Notes under the pieces: model-generated
What the model saw: only the letters and a program-made list of their open reading frames with translations
The model's database searches: none
Told to the model about the DNA's origin: nothing
DNA from: the human T2T-CHM13v2.0 reference genome, Homo sapiens
DNA: 64,000 nt
Assembly (NCBI RefSeq): GCF_009914755.1
Contig: NC_060926.1
Strand: one strand, 5' to 3'
Translations under genes and position numbers: made by a program
Shown here: positions 63,184-64,000 of the stretch, one piece after another
Layout of the letters: every line of letters starts with the position of its first letter
Position numbering within the stretch: position 1 is the stretch's first letter

Positions 63184-64000
63184 ATGTCTTTTAAATCCTT
63201 CAGAATAATGTTGTCATTTTTGCTACAAGCAGTTTGCTTAAGAAGAAATTAATATAAAAACAAAATATAAAGAAAAAATAACTGTTTGCATTTACTGAGA
63301 TATTTACCATTTTTGATACTCTTTTTTCTTTGTATGGTCTGAGATTCCATCTGATACACTAATCCTTAAAGCTAAAGAATTTTCTTTACAATTTTTTATA
63401 ATGCATGACCACTTAGTAGAAATTCATTTCATTTTATTTTGTATATCTGTTTTTCTCATTTCTAAAGAATATTTTTACTAGATGTAGAATTCTGAATTAA
63501 TAGTTTATATTTTCATCTTTTAGCCCTTTTAAAGTGCAGTTACATTCTCTTTTAATTTTCATGATTTCTACCGAGATGCCAGCATATAAATATATTGTCG
63601 TTCCTTTCTGTTTCATACATAATTTTTTTCTTGCTGCTTTCAACATTTGCTCTTTATATTTTACTCTCAAAAATTTAACTATGCTGTTACGTTTTTATTT
63701 TCTGTGATTAACTAAATTTTTATTTGTATGTTGTATGATTATTTATATTTATTTTTCTTAGTATCCATTAAGCATGTATTATATCTATAAATGACTCTTA
63801 AAATGTCTCTCTTAAAATATAGAATTTTTTTTTACTTTTTTTAAAAATAATTTTTAAACCCAATTCTTCCTAACTGCTGCTTTGGAGTTTCACATATATG
63901 TATGTAGGGCCATTTGAAATGATATAATAGGCATTTGAGGGTTTGTTCTTTATTTTATTTTATTTTTCAGTCTTTTTTGTCTATTCTTTATTTTGGAAAA

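Larger units (their letters stand above)
59770..63960 (-). mobile_element. Old L1M (L1ME/MC-like) segments hosting an Alu, L1MA, L1PA3 and MLT2A
   Basis: Colinear reverse-strand L1 ORF2/3' motifs on both sides of the insertions (ctccaatacaat|tacaatgttaaatagaag). Confidence 0.65.

Overview
AT-rich, CpG-poor primate genomic DNA. The L1PA3-like, AluS, THE1 and MER11 elements indicate a hominoid, probably human. It is intergenic or deep intronic: I recognise no protein-coding exon, RNA gene or CpG island. The listed ORFs are either L1 ORF2, MaLR-int or Alu remnants, or chance ORFs. More than half the window is interspersed repeat. The dominant structure is a ~13.8 kb nested complex (7249-21035): a near-full-length old L1MA9-like LINE split a MIR and later received a FAM, a complete THE1B provirus, a 5'-inverted L1PB1 (itself hit by a THE1D LTR), an L1MA 3' fragment and an L1PA7. 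Other elements are MER11, MER50, MER67-like, THE1A, MLT1A0, MLT1F, MLT2A, MER1B, Kanga1, MER45, MER63A, MER5A, Alus, MIRs and L2s. The most notable observations are retrotransposition and DNA-repair scars: two clear and one weak L1 3' transduction inside TSDs, two apparent locally templated insertions, a run of four fold-back hairpins inside an L1MC, and independent tandem expansions at the same ORF2 site in two L1s. There is also a divergent pair of THE1 LTRs with intact DUX4-type motifs. I cannot support a new gene-level biological system. Subfamily names come from my memory of consensus sequences and need RepeatMasker/Dfam confirmation.
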